Origin: a virus
Lineage: Duplodnaviria; Caudoviricetes
IMG/VR virus record: IMGVR_UViG_3300034102_004028
Coordinates: 1 to 56,978 of that record
Direction: 5' to 3' (one strand)
Length of the DNA: 56,978 nucleotides
Part shown: positions 15,932-24,808 of the stretch, piece by piece
How positions within the stretch are numbered: position 1 is the stretch's first letter
Layout: the number at the start of each line of letters is the position of its first letter
The notes under the pieces: model-generated
What the model saw: only the letters and a program-made list of their open reading frames with translations
What the model was told of the DNA's origin: nothing
Database searches by the model: none
Translations under genes and position numbers: made by a program

Positions 15932-16204
15932 ATGTCTGTGAAACAAATGTCTATCAATCAAATTTCGAGCGAAGCTGACCGCAAGAAACTGTTTGATGCA
16001 ATTAGAGAATGTTCCGATTCCATGACACGAATCGAAGGTGAAAAAGACTTCATCAAAGAAGCAACCAAAAAAGTCTGTGAAGATTTGAAGTTGCCAAAGC
16101 GACTTGTCAATCGCCTTGTCAAAGTTTATCATAAGCAAAACTATGATGAAGAAGTGGCAACGCATGAGCAATTTGAACAATTGTATGAAACGATTGTGAA
16201 GTGA
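15932..16204 (+). CDS. dsbA: T4 DsbA-like dsDNA-binding protein
   Basis: AIRECSDSMTRIEGEKDFIKE...RLVKVYHKQ...FEQLYE; synteny with genes 33 and 59. Confidence 0.75.
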   Translation: MSVKQMSINQISSEADRKKLFDAIRECSDSMTRIEGEKDFIKEATKKVCEDLKLPKRLVNRLVKVYHKQNYDEEVATHEQFEQLYETIVK

Positions 16205-16425
16205 TGCCAACAAAAGACGAAATGTTCAAGTTCCAGCAAGAGATAGAAACTCTTGTTTCTGGAACCGATTACAATTACATGGAAGCAATCGTAGAATATT
16301 GCAACCTGACAGGTATGGAAATTGAACTAGCATCAACCCTTGTTAACAAAGATTTGAAAGCAAAGATAGCAATCGATGCAGAAAATCTCAATATGTTACC
16401 GAAAGCCGCCAGACTACCAATATGA
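16201..16425 (+). CDS. gp33: late transcription coactivator gp33
   Basis: FQQEIETLV...YMEAIVEYC...IE....LVNKDLKAKI..DAENLNML....RLPI. Confidence 0.85.
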   Translation: MMPTKDEMFKFQQEIETLVSGTDYNYMEAIVEYCNLTGMEIELASTLVNKDLKAKIAIDAENLNMLPKAARLPI

Positions 16426-17006
16426 CAGGTTACGAAGCCTTTTCTCTTTATCATGTTCTGAAATTACACTTCACTTCCGATAGTTACGATTACTTCAAGT
16501 ACAACGGTAAATGTAACATCAACATTGAAACTTTCGAAAAGCGCAGAGACAAGTATCATTTCTACAAGTTGTCCAGGAAATATGAGAAAGATGATTACCA
16601 GGAATTCGTCATTTCTGCTCTCATGCAAAATGAAAATGCATGGGCAGGAACTCTACTTGAGGACGATACCTACGATAAACATCTGAAGCGCCAGGCAATC
16701 TTGCAAGCACTAGGCTATACATTCAAAAATGACTGTGCTATAATTCGTGAAGCAGGTGGCATTAATAGTGTCTTGAAAATTGATGAAGGTTATCCTCCTC
16801 TGTTGACAATGACTTTGCAGAATGTCACAACTATTGAAACTTTGTGCATACTTAATTCTTTTATGAATTTCTTGCCTGTTTGGAACCGAAAGATTAGTGA
16901 TACTATCCGATGGCCGACATTGCATAGAAAATTTGTGAAGTATGCACCCTTTATACTCTTTGATAAGGAAACGTATCGCAAACATGCGATTCAGGAATTG
17001 AAATGA
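16422..17006 (+). CDS. gp59: helicase loader gp59
   Basis: YHVLKLHFT...YDYFKYNGK...FEKRRDKYHFYKLSRK; ETLCIL; KYAPF. Confidence 0.9.
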   Translation: MTGYEAFSLYHVLKLHFTSDSYDYFKYNGKCNINIETFEKRRDKYHFYKLSRKYEKDDYQEFVISALMQNENAWAGTLLEDDTYDKHLKRQAILQALGYTFKNDCAIIREAGGINSVLKIDEGYPPLLTMTLQNVTTIETLCILNSFMNFLPVWNRKISDTIRWPTLHRKFVKYAPFILFDKETYRKHAIQELK

Positions 17007-17494
17007 TTAAGAAAATTTATTTGGACATGGATGGTGTTCTCTGTAACTTCGAAAAGAAGTACATTGAACTTTTTGGTAAAGAACCGGCAGCCGCTGACCG
17101 CAATCGTAAAGAGTGGTCGGCTAACTGGGACAAATTTTGCCAAGAAGGACACTTCGAGAAATTGAACTGGTTTCCTGGAGCACATGTTTTGCTTGACCAC
17201 GTTAAGCGAACAAACATCACCACAGAAATTCTTTCTTCATCTGGCGGTAAAAAATACCATGATATGGTTGAAGCAAGTAAAAAGAAGTGGTTAAAAGAAC
17301 ATAACATTCTTTATAAGGCTAACATTGTTCCTGGTCGTTCGTATAAAACCGCATACGCAACACCAGAAACTGTATTGATTGATGATACTCCAGATATCAT
17401 TGAAGCTTTTAACAAAGCAGGTGGTCACGGCATTCTTCATAAGGATGTCGGTGAAACTATCAAAATTCTGGACAAGCTATTGACAAATGGCTAA
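17003..17494 (+). CDS. HAD-family 5'(3')-deoxyribonucleotidase-like protein
   Basis: YLDMDGVL, ILSS, LIDD...F..AGG.GILH. Confidence 0.82.
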   Translation: MIKKIYLDMDGVLCNFEKKYIELFGKEPAAADRNRKEWSANWDKFCQEGHFEKLNWFPGAHVLLDHVKRTNITTEILSSSGGKKYHDMVEASKKKWLKEHNILYKANIVPGRSYKTAYATPETVLIDDTPDIIEAFNKAGGHGILHKDVGETIKILDKLLTNG

Positions 17495-17509
17495 ATAATT
17501 TTATATAAT
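17480..17509 (+). promoter_or_regulatory. sigma70 promoter of gene 32 with nested late-like CTAAATA
   Basis: TTGACA-18-TATAAT; spacer contains GCTAAATAAT. Confidence 0.7.
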
Positions 17510-17568
17510 GAATTTTGTGGATAAAAAAACATACAACGACATACATCGCATATACGAAAGGAAATATT

Positions 17569-18450
17569 ATGTCATTCGCTAATCTTAAACGCAACCGTGA
17601 TAGCCTTGATAAACTCACCAAGGCAATTGAGAGCACCACACAAACTGCTGAGGCTGGCTCCAAAGACGACACCCGATTCTGGACTCCTACTGTTGACAAA
17701 TCTGGCAACGGCATGGCTGTCATTCGTTTTCTTCCAGCACCTGGTGCTGATGGAGAAGATGGTCTTCCTTGGGTTCGTTTGTTCGACCACGGTTTTCAAG
17801 GACCTGGTGGCTGGTACATTGATAAGTGCCTGACCACACTTAATGAGAAGTGTCCTGTTTGCGAACACAACAACACTCTATGGAACTCTGGTGTTGAAGC
17901 AAACAAAGATATTGCACGTAAGCAAAAGCGCCGTCTTTCTTACATCGCAAACATCTATGTTGTTTCCGACCCATCTAATCCTGAGAATGAAGGCACTGTT
18001 CGTTTGTTCAAATTCGGTAAGAAAATCTTCGATAAGATTACTGAAGCAATGAACCCCGAGTTTGCTGATGAAACTCCTCTGAATCCTTTTGATTTCTGGG
18101 AAGGCGCAAACTTCAAACTGAAGATTCGTAATGTTGAAGGCTACCGCAACTATGACAAATCAGAATTTGCCGATAAGTCTGCATTGCTTGGTGGTGACGA
18201 TTCAGCACTTGAAAAGATTTATTCGCAAGAACATTCTTTGAAAGAAATGTCTGACCGTAAACACTTCAAACCTTACGATACTCTGAAGGCTCGCCTTGAT
18301 AAGGTTCTTGGTTTTGAAGGTGTTGCTCCTCAGAGCCGCGCTGAAGAAGTTGAGATTCCTGTTGTCAAAGCAAAAGGTGGAGTAAATATTCCATCTAGCG
18401 TTGATGATGATGACTTGGATTATTTCAAGTCTCTAGCAGAGCAAGAGTAA
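17569..18450 (+). CDS. gp32: single-stranded DNA-binding protein gp32
   Basis: MSFANLKR, DTRFW, AVIRFLPA, HGFQGPGGWYI..C...CPVC, FGKKIFDKI, acidic C-tail. Confidence 0.96.
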   Translation: MSFANLKRNRDSLDKLTKAIESTTQTAEAGSKDDTRFWTPTVDKSGNGMAVIRFLPAPGADGEDGLPWVRLFDHGFQGPGGWYIDKCLTTLNEKCPVCEHNNTLWNSGVEANKDIARKQKRRLSYIANIYVVSDPSNPENEGTVRLFKFGKKIFDKITEAMNPEFADETPLNPFDFWEGANFKLKIRNVEGYRNYDKSEFADKSALLGGDDSALEKIYSQEHSLKEMSDRKHFKPYDTLKARLDKVLGFEGVAPQSRAEEVEIPVVKAKGGVNIPSSVDDDDLDYFKSLAEQE

Positions 18451-18453
18451 TTT

Positions 18454-18479
18454 AAACCCCGCTTAAAGCGGGGTTTTTT
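18454..18479. terminator. bidirectional intrinsic terminator
   Basis: AAACCCCGC-ttaaa-GCGGGGTTTTT between convergent genes. Confidence 0.8.
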
Positions 18480-20658
18480 ATGCCATGTTACTTGCGAATA
18501 ACTCGATTGCATCAAAGTTTGTAGCACTTGCGAATGACTGAGGTGCTCCTCCGCCAGACTGAACGTTTGTTGTTGGTGCGACAACAGTTATTCCAGAACC
18601 ATCGAATGCCATAGCCATTCTTTGACCATTACTCAAATCAACACTGCCTTGTGATAGTTGTCTACCTCTTAAAAGAGAATCAACTGATTGATTTAAAGAT
18701 GGGTTAGTTTTTCTGCCACCGGGAGACAGTTTTAAGATATCTGCCGCTATAGCACCAGGATTATTTTTCTGTGCTTCTACTAATGCCTTCGCGCCAGCAG
18801 GTCCAACGTGCCAAGCTAAATTAATCAAGTCGTCAGTTATGTTTGTGAAGCCTTGGGCGCGCAGGCCTGAAACCATATTATTTAAAACTGCTTGATATAT
18901 TTTATCTTGATTTTCTGGACTGAAAACATCCTTTTCAGAAAGTCCAGCAGATTTTAGAGCACCTCTTAGAGTTCCAGGTAAAAATCCATAACGACCCATA
19001 GCGCCAGCATTTTGGTCACCAGTCATTCTGGCATCACTAATGGCTAATGCTTCACCTATCGTTAATTGCGACAAAGGTTTTCCATACTTTGATGTTATTG
19101 ATGGGTCGCCGCCTGGACCACCAAAACCAAAAATTGCATCATAGCCAGCGCGGCCACCTTCGCGGCGACCAATAACATCTCTTAAATTGCCACCTGAAGG
19201 AATTTGACTCGGTGCAGTTCCTCCTTGAGGTGTAATCGGCACATATCCTTTACCCCAATTTGGTCTGTCGGCTTCGATAATTTCATTGAAAGTTCCAAAA
19301 TTTGGTGTCAAATAACCTTTCAATTGATTTTCTTTTCCAGACAATTGACTACCCAATTCAGAAAGTTTGTCAATTATAGCTTTCTTACCTTCATAATATT
19401 TTGGAAGTTGGCCCCTCATAGCATTACCGGTGACTGTGTTGGGTGCGTTTTCTGCCTCATCTATTCTTCTTTGCAGTAGAAGTAAATCTTTTAATTTTGA
19501 ATCAATTTCTTCTCTCAACTCATCTCTAGATTTTTCTCCTGTTGCGGCACCAAATAGTCCTGCGGCACCTATTCCAGCTAAAGCTAATGCGGCACTTCGT
19601 GGGTCTTTTGCACTACCGGCGGCCAAACCCGCCGCAATGGCCATTAATATTTTTCCTTTATTCGACTGAAAAAATTCATTCAAAAGAAAACCTATTGCGC
19701 CACCCATACCAGAAAAACCTGCTGCCAGTTGCATGAATGCCGCTTTTGCATATGTTAAAACTGCATCAGATGCTGTCGCTATACTTTTACCAACTAAGTC
19801 AATTTGAGGTCCAAAATTTCTTATGATTGTTTTGGATACAGTGTCATAAATTTCGTTAAACTTTTTAGTGTCAAATTGTAAATCTAATTTATCAGCCCAT
19901 TGTTGGAGTATATTTTTATCTGATTTGATATCGAGTCCTAGAAAGCTATAAATCTTTTCTTTAAGTGGACCGAAATCTATGCTCTTTGATATTTCTTTTA
20001 TGACATAACCGCCAGCCATCAATGCTATTATGCCTAGTATCGGAGAAATTCTGGATATAGCTCCTAAAGTTCCTGAAATAATACTTCCACCAAAAGAAGC
20101 AATACCACCCAACATACTGCCGATACCACCAAAAATTCCTCCTAAAGCTGAAGAACTAGACGGAGCTGTTTGTGAAGGTTTAGAATCTCCACCTTTTTTA
20201 CCAAGAGAATCAATTGCTTGATTTCTTGTTTTCACATCATACCATAAAGCATCTTGTGACTGTGCTGATTTTCCTGCTGCCAATCTGGTGAGCGTTGCTA
20301 TGTTTTGACGAGTGATGTTCATATCTCTCGCCATTAAATTCATATTGAAAGTATTTTTCGCAACTACTCTGAGTAAAGCTTCTTGTCTCTCATTAGAAGA
20401 AATTAAATCATTTGTAGCCGCCGCTTGTGCAGAAACTTGAGCACTACTTACGGAACCGGCGGCGCCAGAAGAAAGAGGAGAATAACCACGACCAAATATT
20501 TTTTGGCCTGTAGCAGATAACATTCCTTTTCCACCAAAGAAAATGTTTCTGACATCCATTCTTTCACGGGCGCTTTTTAAAACAGCAGAACCCATCGAAC
20601 TGAGTACGCCTTTATTTTTCAGTTCTTGCTTATATACTGTTGAAAATCTTGTTGCCAT
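18478..20658 (-). CDS. tape-measure-like (gp29 position) protein with C-terminal lysozyme-like domain
   Basis: Ala/Gly-rich helical body; RREGG..GYDA...LTIGE...GAMGRYGF..GTL...FSPENQD; follows gp26/gp51. Confidence 0.65.
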   Translation of the reverse strand: MATRFSTVYKQELKNKGVLSSMGSAVLKSARERMDVRNIFFGGKGMLSATGQKIFGRGYSPLSSGAAGSVSSAQVSAQAAATNDLISSNERQEALLRVVAKNTFNMNLMARDMNITRQNIATLTRLAAGKSAQSQDALWYDVKTRNQAIDSLGKKGGDSKPSQTAPSSSSALGGIFGGIGSMLGGIASFGGSIISGTLGAISRISPILGIIALMAGGYVIKEISKSIDFGPLKEKIYSFLGLDIKSDKNILQQWADKLDLQFDTKKFNEIYDTVSKTIIRNFGPQIDLVGKSIATASDAVLTYAKAAFMQLAAGFSGMGGAIGFLLNEFFQSNKGKILMAIAAGLAAGSAKDPRSAALALAGIGAAGLFGAATGEKSRDELREEIDSKLKDLLLLQRRIDEAENAPNTVTGNAMRGQLPKYYEGKKAIIDKLSELGSQLSGKENQLKGYLTPNFGTFNEIIEADRPNWGKGYVPITPQGGTAPSQIPSGGNLRDVIGRREGGRAGYDAIFGFGGPGGDPSITSKYGKPLSQLTIGEALAISDARMTGDQNAGAMGRYGFLPGTLRGALKSAGLSEKDVFSPENQDKIYQAVLNNMVSGLRAQGFTNITDDLINLAWHVGPAGAKALVEAQKNNPGAIAADILKLSPGGRKTNPSLNQSVDSLLRGRQLSQGSVDLSNGQRMAMAFDGSGITVVAPTTNVQSGGGAPQSFASATNFDAIELFASNMA

Positions 20659-20859
20659 TTATTTTTTTCTTCTTGCTAGATTTTGTTGTTTAATTTTTTC
20701 ATTTTCTTCTTCAATATGTTGTAGAAGCATAGTCACATAAACATTTCTTTCCCAAGGCATCATTTCATTTAAATCACGTAAACTATATTTGTGGTGTTGC
20801 ATCAGTGCAAAATTAGTTTGGAAATGATTGCTTAAATTATCATAACGAACGGTCAGGCG
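20659..20859 (-). CDS. gp51: gp51-like baseplate hub assembly chaperone (first ATG at 20802; frame open up to the gp26 slippery site)
   Basis: Manual translation RLTVRYDNLSNHFQTNFALMQHHKYSLRDLNEMMPWERNVYVTMLLQHIEEENEK...; MQHHKYS/MPWER..Y motif. Confidence 0.85.
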   Translation of the reverse strand, partial: RLTVRYDNLSNHFQTNFALMQHHKYSLRDLNEMMPWERNVYVTMLLQHIEEENEKIKQQNLARRKK

Positions 20860-21590
20860 AAAAAACTTTGGATTCCTTCAATCTCAATGTTATCGGCATA
20901 ACCACATTTAACACACTTAAAATCAAGTTTCTTTGTCAACTTAGGAATATTTTCAAAGAATTCTTTTATCTTCTGAAATTGCTCTCTTGTCAAACTATCA
21001 ATAAAATCAATTAATTCTTCTTTAGGAGTATCTTTGGCATAGTAAATGCTTTCGTCATCGTAAATGTAGTCGATGGAACTTAAAATTGTTTCCACAACAA
21101 CGGCAGTCGGACTAACATTTTCAATAGCTGTGAGTGTTTCTATACTTCCAAATGTCGGATACTTTAAAACGAGTCCTAGTTTAGGAGTCAATTCTAGTTT
21201 ATTGGTCTCATTACCATTCAATTCAGGTTCAACCTCAAGGGCATTAAAACTCAACTTGACAATTGAGTTGCATTTTCTTTTTTCGCCACCTTCATCAATA
21301 TCGTTGTTGCATTTGTATTGCAAATCGACTGTTTCACCTACCGACCTTGCTCTCAGATGTAAGAACAAATATTCAAAATCTAAGATTGGTAAATCATCAA
21401 CATCTATTTTCGTAATCAAACAATTTGTAATTATTTGTTTGATTGCTAAGATGACTGAGTTTTGGTCATCTGACTCCGCAGCCATCAAAAGAATTTTTTC
21501 TTCCTTAACTAAAAACGGTCTGAACTTTACTTTCTTCTTCATCAATGGCAAAGTAATTTCGTATAAAGGCACATCAACTTTAGGTAACAT
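20853..21590 (-). CDS. gp26: gp26-like baseplate hub assembly protein
   Basis: MLPK..VP.YE..LP...KFRPFLVKEEKILLMA, D.EYLFL.LRARSVGE, C..CG...IEGIQSFF. Confidence 0.9.
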   Translation of the reverse strand: MLPKVDVPLYEITLPLMKKKVKFRPFLVKEEKILLMAAESDDQNSVILAIKQIITNCLITKIDVDDLPILDFEYLFLHLRARSVGETVDLQYKCNNDIDEGGEKRKCNSIVKLSFNALEVEPELNGNETNKLELTPKLGLVLKYPTFGSIETLTAIENVSPTAVVVETILSSIDYIYDDESIYYAKDTPKEELIDFIDSLTREQFQKIKEFFENIPKLTKKLDFKCVKCGYADNIEIEGIQSFFA

Positions 21591-21602
21591 AAAATCTCCA
21601 AA

Positions 21603-22391
21603 TTAAAAAATACTGAACGGGTTTTTCAATGCATCTTTTGCCGCTTCGGCAGTACCCTTTATCTGCCCAGCTAAAACATCTTTTACAGGTACACCAGCAA
21701 TAGAACTTCCCAGTAATGCTGCCGTGGCTGCTCCAAAATCATATCCACCCTGATAAATTGTTCTGTGTCTCTTGTAAGCAAACTGAACAGTCAATCTATG
21801 AAAGCCATCGTCAGACCAACTTAAAGGTTGTGCAGAAATCGTTTTCGGGAAAGCGTCAATAAATTCAACAGCATAAATCTGTTTAATGAAATCATCATAT
21901 TGAATAACAGTGATATTTGTAAGATAAGAGGTGTCTTTACCTTTTGGATATCTAACGTTATTTGTATCTGTAGGAACTATTGCTTCCAACCATCTATCGA
22001 AAAGTTTTCTTTCATAGAATTCATTGGTACACAAAAAAGTTAATGAGGTGTCGGTGTAAACCGCTTGATACGGAACCTCATATGTAAGGTTGTAAATTTG
22101 TATTGGTTCGGTGTTTAGGGATTTTCCTGGCAATTCCGCCGCTTCACACTGCAAAGCAAGATATCGTGAAATACTTGGATTCGCGGATGTTGAAAATCTA
22201 TCTCCTAAAACTCTAGTAGAAACGTCTGAAAATATGGAGTTGGGTAAATTCAAAAGTCGTTCCAAGAAACCATTTTCTAAGAATTTACCAACATATGGTG
22301 GTATAGGTAAAATAACCTGGAAGCGATTTGGTCTAGCTAAACCGTCTTTCGCTTTGATGTTTGATAAAAATAACTGTGGTAAAAATGACAT
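21603..22391 (-). CDS. tail tube initiator gp54-like / tail-tube fold protein
   Basis: GLARPNRFQV, CEAAELPG, ERKLFDRW, DAFP...QPLSW, LTVQFAY. Confidence 0.75.
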   Translation of the reverse strand: MSFLPQLFLSNIKAKDGLARPNRFQVILPIPPYVGKFLENGFLERLLNLPNSIFSDVSTRVLGDRFSTSANPSISRYLALQCEAAELPGKSLNTEPIQIYNLTYEVPYQAVYTDTSLTFLCTNEFYERKLFDRWLEAIVPTDTNNVRYPKGKDTSYLTNITVIQYDDFIKQIYAVEFIDAFPKTISAQPLSWSDDGFHRLTVQFAYKRHRTIYQGGYDFGAATAALLGSSIAGVPVKDVLAGQIKGTAEAAKDALKNPFSIF

Positions 22392-22969
22392 TAGAATTTC
22401 TTTCTTGAGTCTGACCAGACTTTGTTTGCTGAAGCTTTTTCAAACTGTTCTACGGGCAACAATGCGGCAATGTCCCATTCATCAGCGAATATTTCAACGA
22501 ATCTGGATTCAACATGGCTGGCCAAATATCTTTTAATGCAAGGTGTTGCTTCAAAAGCGGTAGAAAAAGCTGACAGAGTTTGATAGCTCAACTTCAGTCT
22601 TGTTTGCATGTCGTAGTTTTTATTGCTTGCAAACTGCGACAATTTATCTAGTAGTATTATGCGATGCTTTGGATGAATATAGTGTAAATTTAGACCCAAA
22701 AATCCATCATTGTATTTTTGAATTGGAATCACCAAAGGAAATCTGTCATAATAAGGCAACTTATCTTTTGTTTTTGGGTCGTAGTAGAAAAAGTACATGT
22801 GACCAATAAAATTTGAATTGGTCATTCTTTCTCTATCTTGCATCAACTTTTGAGGTGTCGGTTTCAGTTCCGTAACCTTCGAACGTAACCATGCGCGGGC
22901 TTGCGTGGTGCGAGTTTCTAAGCCAGTTTTAGCTAACTGTGAGTTGATTCTGTCTAATAGGTATGCCAT
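22391..22969 (-). CDS. gp2: DNA end protector gp2
   Basis: MYFFYYDPKTKDKLPYYDRFPLV, GLNLHY, CIKRYL, W..A..LP.EQF. Confidence 0.92.
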   Translation of the reverse strand: MAYLLDRINSQLAKTGLETRTTQARAWLRSKVTELKPTPQKLMQDRERMTNSNFIGHMYFFYYDPKTKDKLPYYDRFPLVIPIQKYNDGFLGLNLHYIHPKHRIILLDKLSQFASNKNYDMQTRLKLSYQTLSAFSTAFEATPCIKRYLASHVESRFVEIFADEWDIAALLPVEQFEKASANKVWSDSRKKF

Positions 22970-23049
22970 AAATCTATTTATTTGCCTTTTAGGACAATAC
23001 GATTACCTTGTTTTAACACTGATTTCTTTATAAGTATTGGTGTTCCAGA

Positions 23050-23505
23050 TTAAAGAGTTAGACCTAGGTCCTTCTCCGTTAGTATCTGAAACTTCCAACC
23101 GTGAGTGTGACAGAATTCATCTGCTGCCTTCCACTTCATTTGATTGATTGCGTAAGTGGCTGCCTCTTGTAGAAACTTCTGAGTCTTTCTTTTACCCTGA
23201 ACAGGTTTCCTTGTCTGAGCCTCAGGTTTAACCTCAATCACATGGGTCATTACGGTTCCATCGGTTCTTTTGACTTTAATGATAAAGTCTGGAAAGTATC
23301 TATGCACTCGACTGTCTAGTGGGTGTACGTATGGTATCGCCAGTTCTTCTGAGGACCACCACACAATGTTTGGATGGTCATCAAAGTAGTTCATGCAACG
23401 TAGTTCCCAAGACGAACGGAAAATGATGTTATCCGGGTTGCCGTTGTACTTAGCTGGGTTTTTGGGGGTAAATTTACCCTTGTAGGAATTCTTGCCGTAT
23501 GTCAT
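23050..23505 (-). CDS. gp4: head completion nuclease gp4 (TnsA-like)
   Basis: YKGKF.PKNP.KY.G, RSSWE, WSSEE..IPY, HRYFPDF, IEVKP, KWKAA, LTEKDL. Confidence 0.92.
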   Translation of the reverse strand: MTYGKNSYKGKFTPKNPAKYNGNPDNIIFRSSWELRCMNYFDDHPNIVWWSSEELAIPYVHPLDSRVHRYFPDFIIKVKRTDGTVMTHVIEVKPEAQTRKPVQGKRKTQKFLQEAATYAINQMKWKAADEFCHTHGWKFQILTEKDLGLTL

Positions 23506-23512
23506 ATAAATA
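23505..23512 (+). promoter_or_regulatory. T4-type late promoter for the baseplate operon
   Basis: Exact TATAAATA, 23 nt before the gp48 ATG. Confidence 0.75.
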
Positions 23513-23535
23513 TGTAGTCAACCTTCAGGAAAATC

Positions 23536-24801
23536 ATGGCACTATTTAATCTAACAGACATTTCTTATACAAGAGAAGAAAGAAACTTTCTTCCTGCTTT
23601 TTCTAGAATGTCAACCGACCCTTCGGTAAATCAGCGTACATTTAACATGAAACGCTATCCTCTTGATGTGGGTGCAACTGATAAAGGTCATTACATGTTG
23701 ATTCATATCAACGTGCAAGAAAAGAGTAGTTATCCAGCAAATTTCTCTAATGATTTACCGACAATACAAAAAAATAGGATTGGACTAGCGGCGCAAACGG
23801 GTGCAACTAATGTTGGTGGAGTAGCAAATCTAACTATTGATAATGTACAAAGAATAGGTGATGCTATTGGTGAAGCAATTCCAAACAGTGTTAAAACTGC
23901 AACCACCGATTTGGTGAATAGAGTTCAAAATGGAGTTTCGTCCATTATCTCGGAAAAAGTTATTCCTAAAATTTCGGATGAATCTTTAGCTTCAGCAGAA
24001 TACATTGCTCAAGTTGGAGCACTTATTGGTTCCGGTATCAAAGAAGGTGCCGAAAAAATGGTGGGCTCTATAAACAATCAGAACTTTTTAAGAAGAATAA
24101 AGAGAACCACCGAAACAATTGCACTGTACATGCCTGGAACAATGGCTTATACACACAATCAACAGTACAATCAACTGCAAATGGGTGGAGAAAATGCCGC
24201 ACTTTTTGGTGCTGGAATGTCACTGATAACCGATGCAGTAAATGGTAAAGTTAACCCTAAACAGTTAGGTGAAAATTTATCTCCATTTATTGCTGAAAAG
24301 TTGAAAAACTTAGCATCACCGTTTTTAGGTCCAAATTCCGCAACTGGTTTGTTTGCTAGTGCTATTGGTGGTGTCCAAAATCCACAACTTGAACTGATAT
24401 ACAATTCACCTAGTTTTAGAAATTTCAGATTTGATTTTATGTTTTATCCTTCAAGCGAAGCTGAGGCTTTAGAAGTGCATAAAATAATTGAAGCTTTAAA
24501 ATTTCACCAAGCGCCAGAAATAATGAGAGGTACCGCTGGCTATTTTATGGTTCCTCCGTCCGAATTTGATATTGAGTTTTATTATAATGGTGCGGTAAAT
24601 CCTAACATACCAAAAATTTCTACTTGTGTGTTGACCTCTATCGATATGGATTATGCGCCAAAAGGTTTCGTTGCTTATGAAGTTCCTGGAGAAAATTCTC
24701 CATCTATAGGTAAAACAGGTGCACCTTTTGCTATAAGAGTTTCTTTGAGTTTCCAAGAAACAGAAATTATGACAAAATTCAATTTCATGCAATCGGCATA
24801 A
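23536..24801 (+). CDS. gp48: baseplate tail-tube cap gp48
   Basis: IALYMP, NPQLELIYNSPSFRNFRFDFMFYP...EA, P.EFDIEF, CVLTSIDMDY, LSFQETE. Confidence 0.85.
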   Translation: MALFNLTDISYTREERNFLPAFSRMSTDPSVNQRTFNMKRYPLDVGATDKGHYMLIHINVQEKSSYPANFSNDLPTIQKNRIGLAAQTGATNVGGVANLTIDNVQRIGDAIGEAIPNSVKTATTDLVNRVQNGVSSIISEKVIPKISDESLASAEYIAQVGALIGSGIKEGAEKMVGSINNQNFLRRIKRTTETIALYMPGTMAYTHNQQYNQLQMGGENAALFGAGMSLITDAVNGKVNPKQLGENLSPFIAEKLKNLASPFLGPNSATGLFASAIGGVQNPQLELIYNSPSFRNFRFDFMFYPSSEAEALEVHKIIEALKFHQAPEIMRGTAGYFMVPPSEFDIEFYYNGAVNPNIPKISTCVLTSIDMDYAPKGFVAYEVPGENSPSIGKTGAPFAIRVSLSFQETEIMTKFNFMQSA

Positions 24802-24808
24802 ATTCAAA

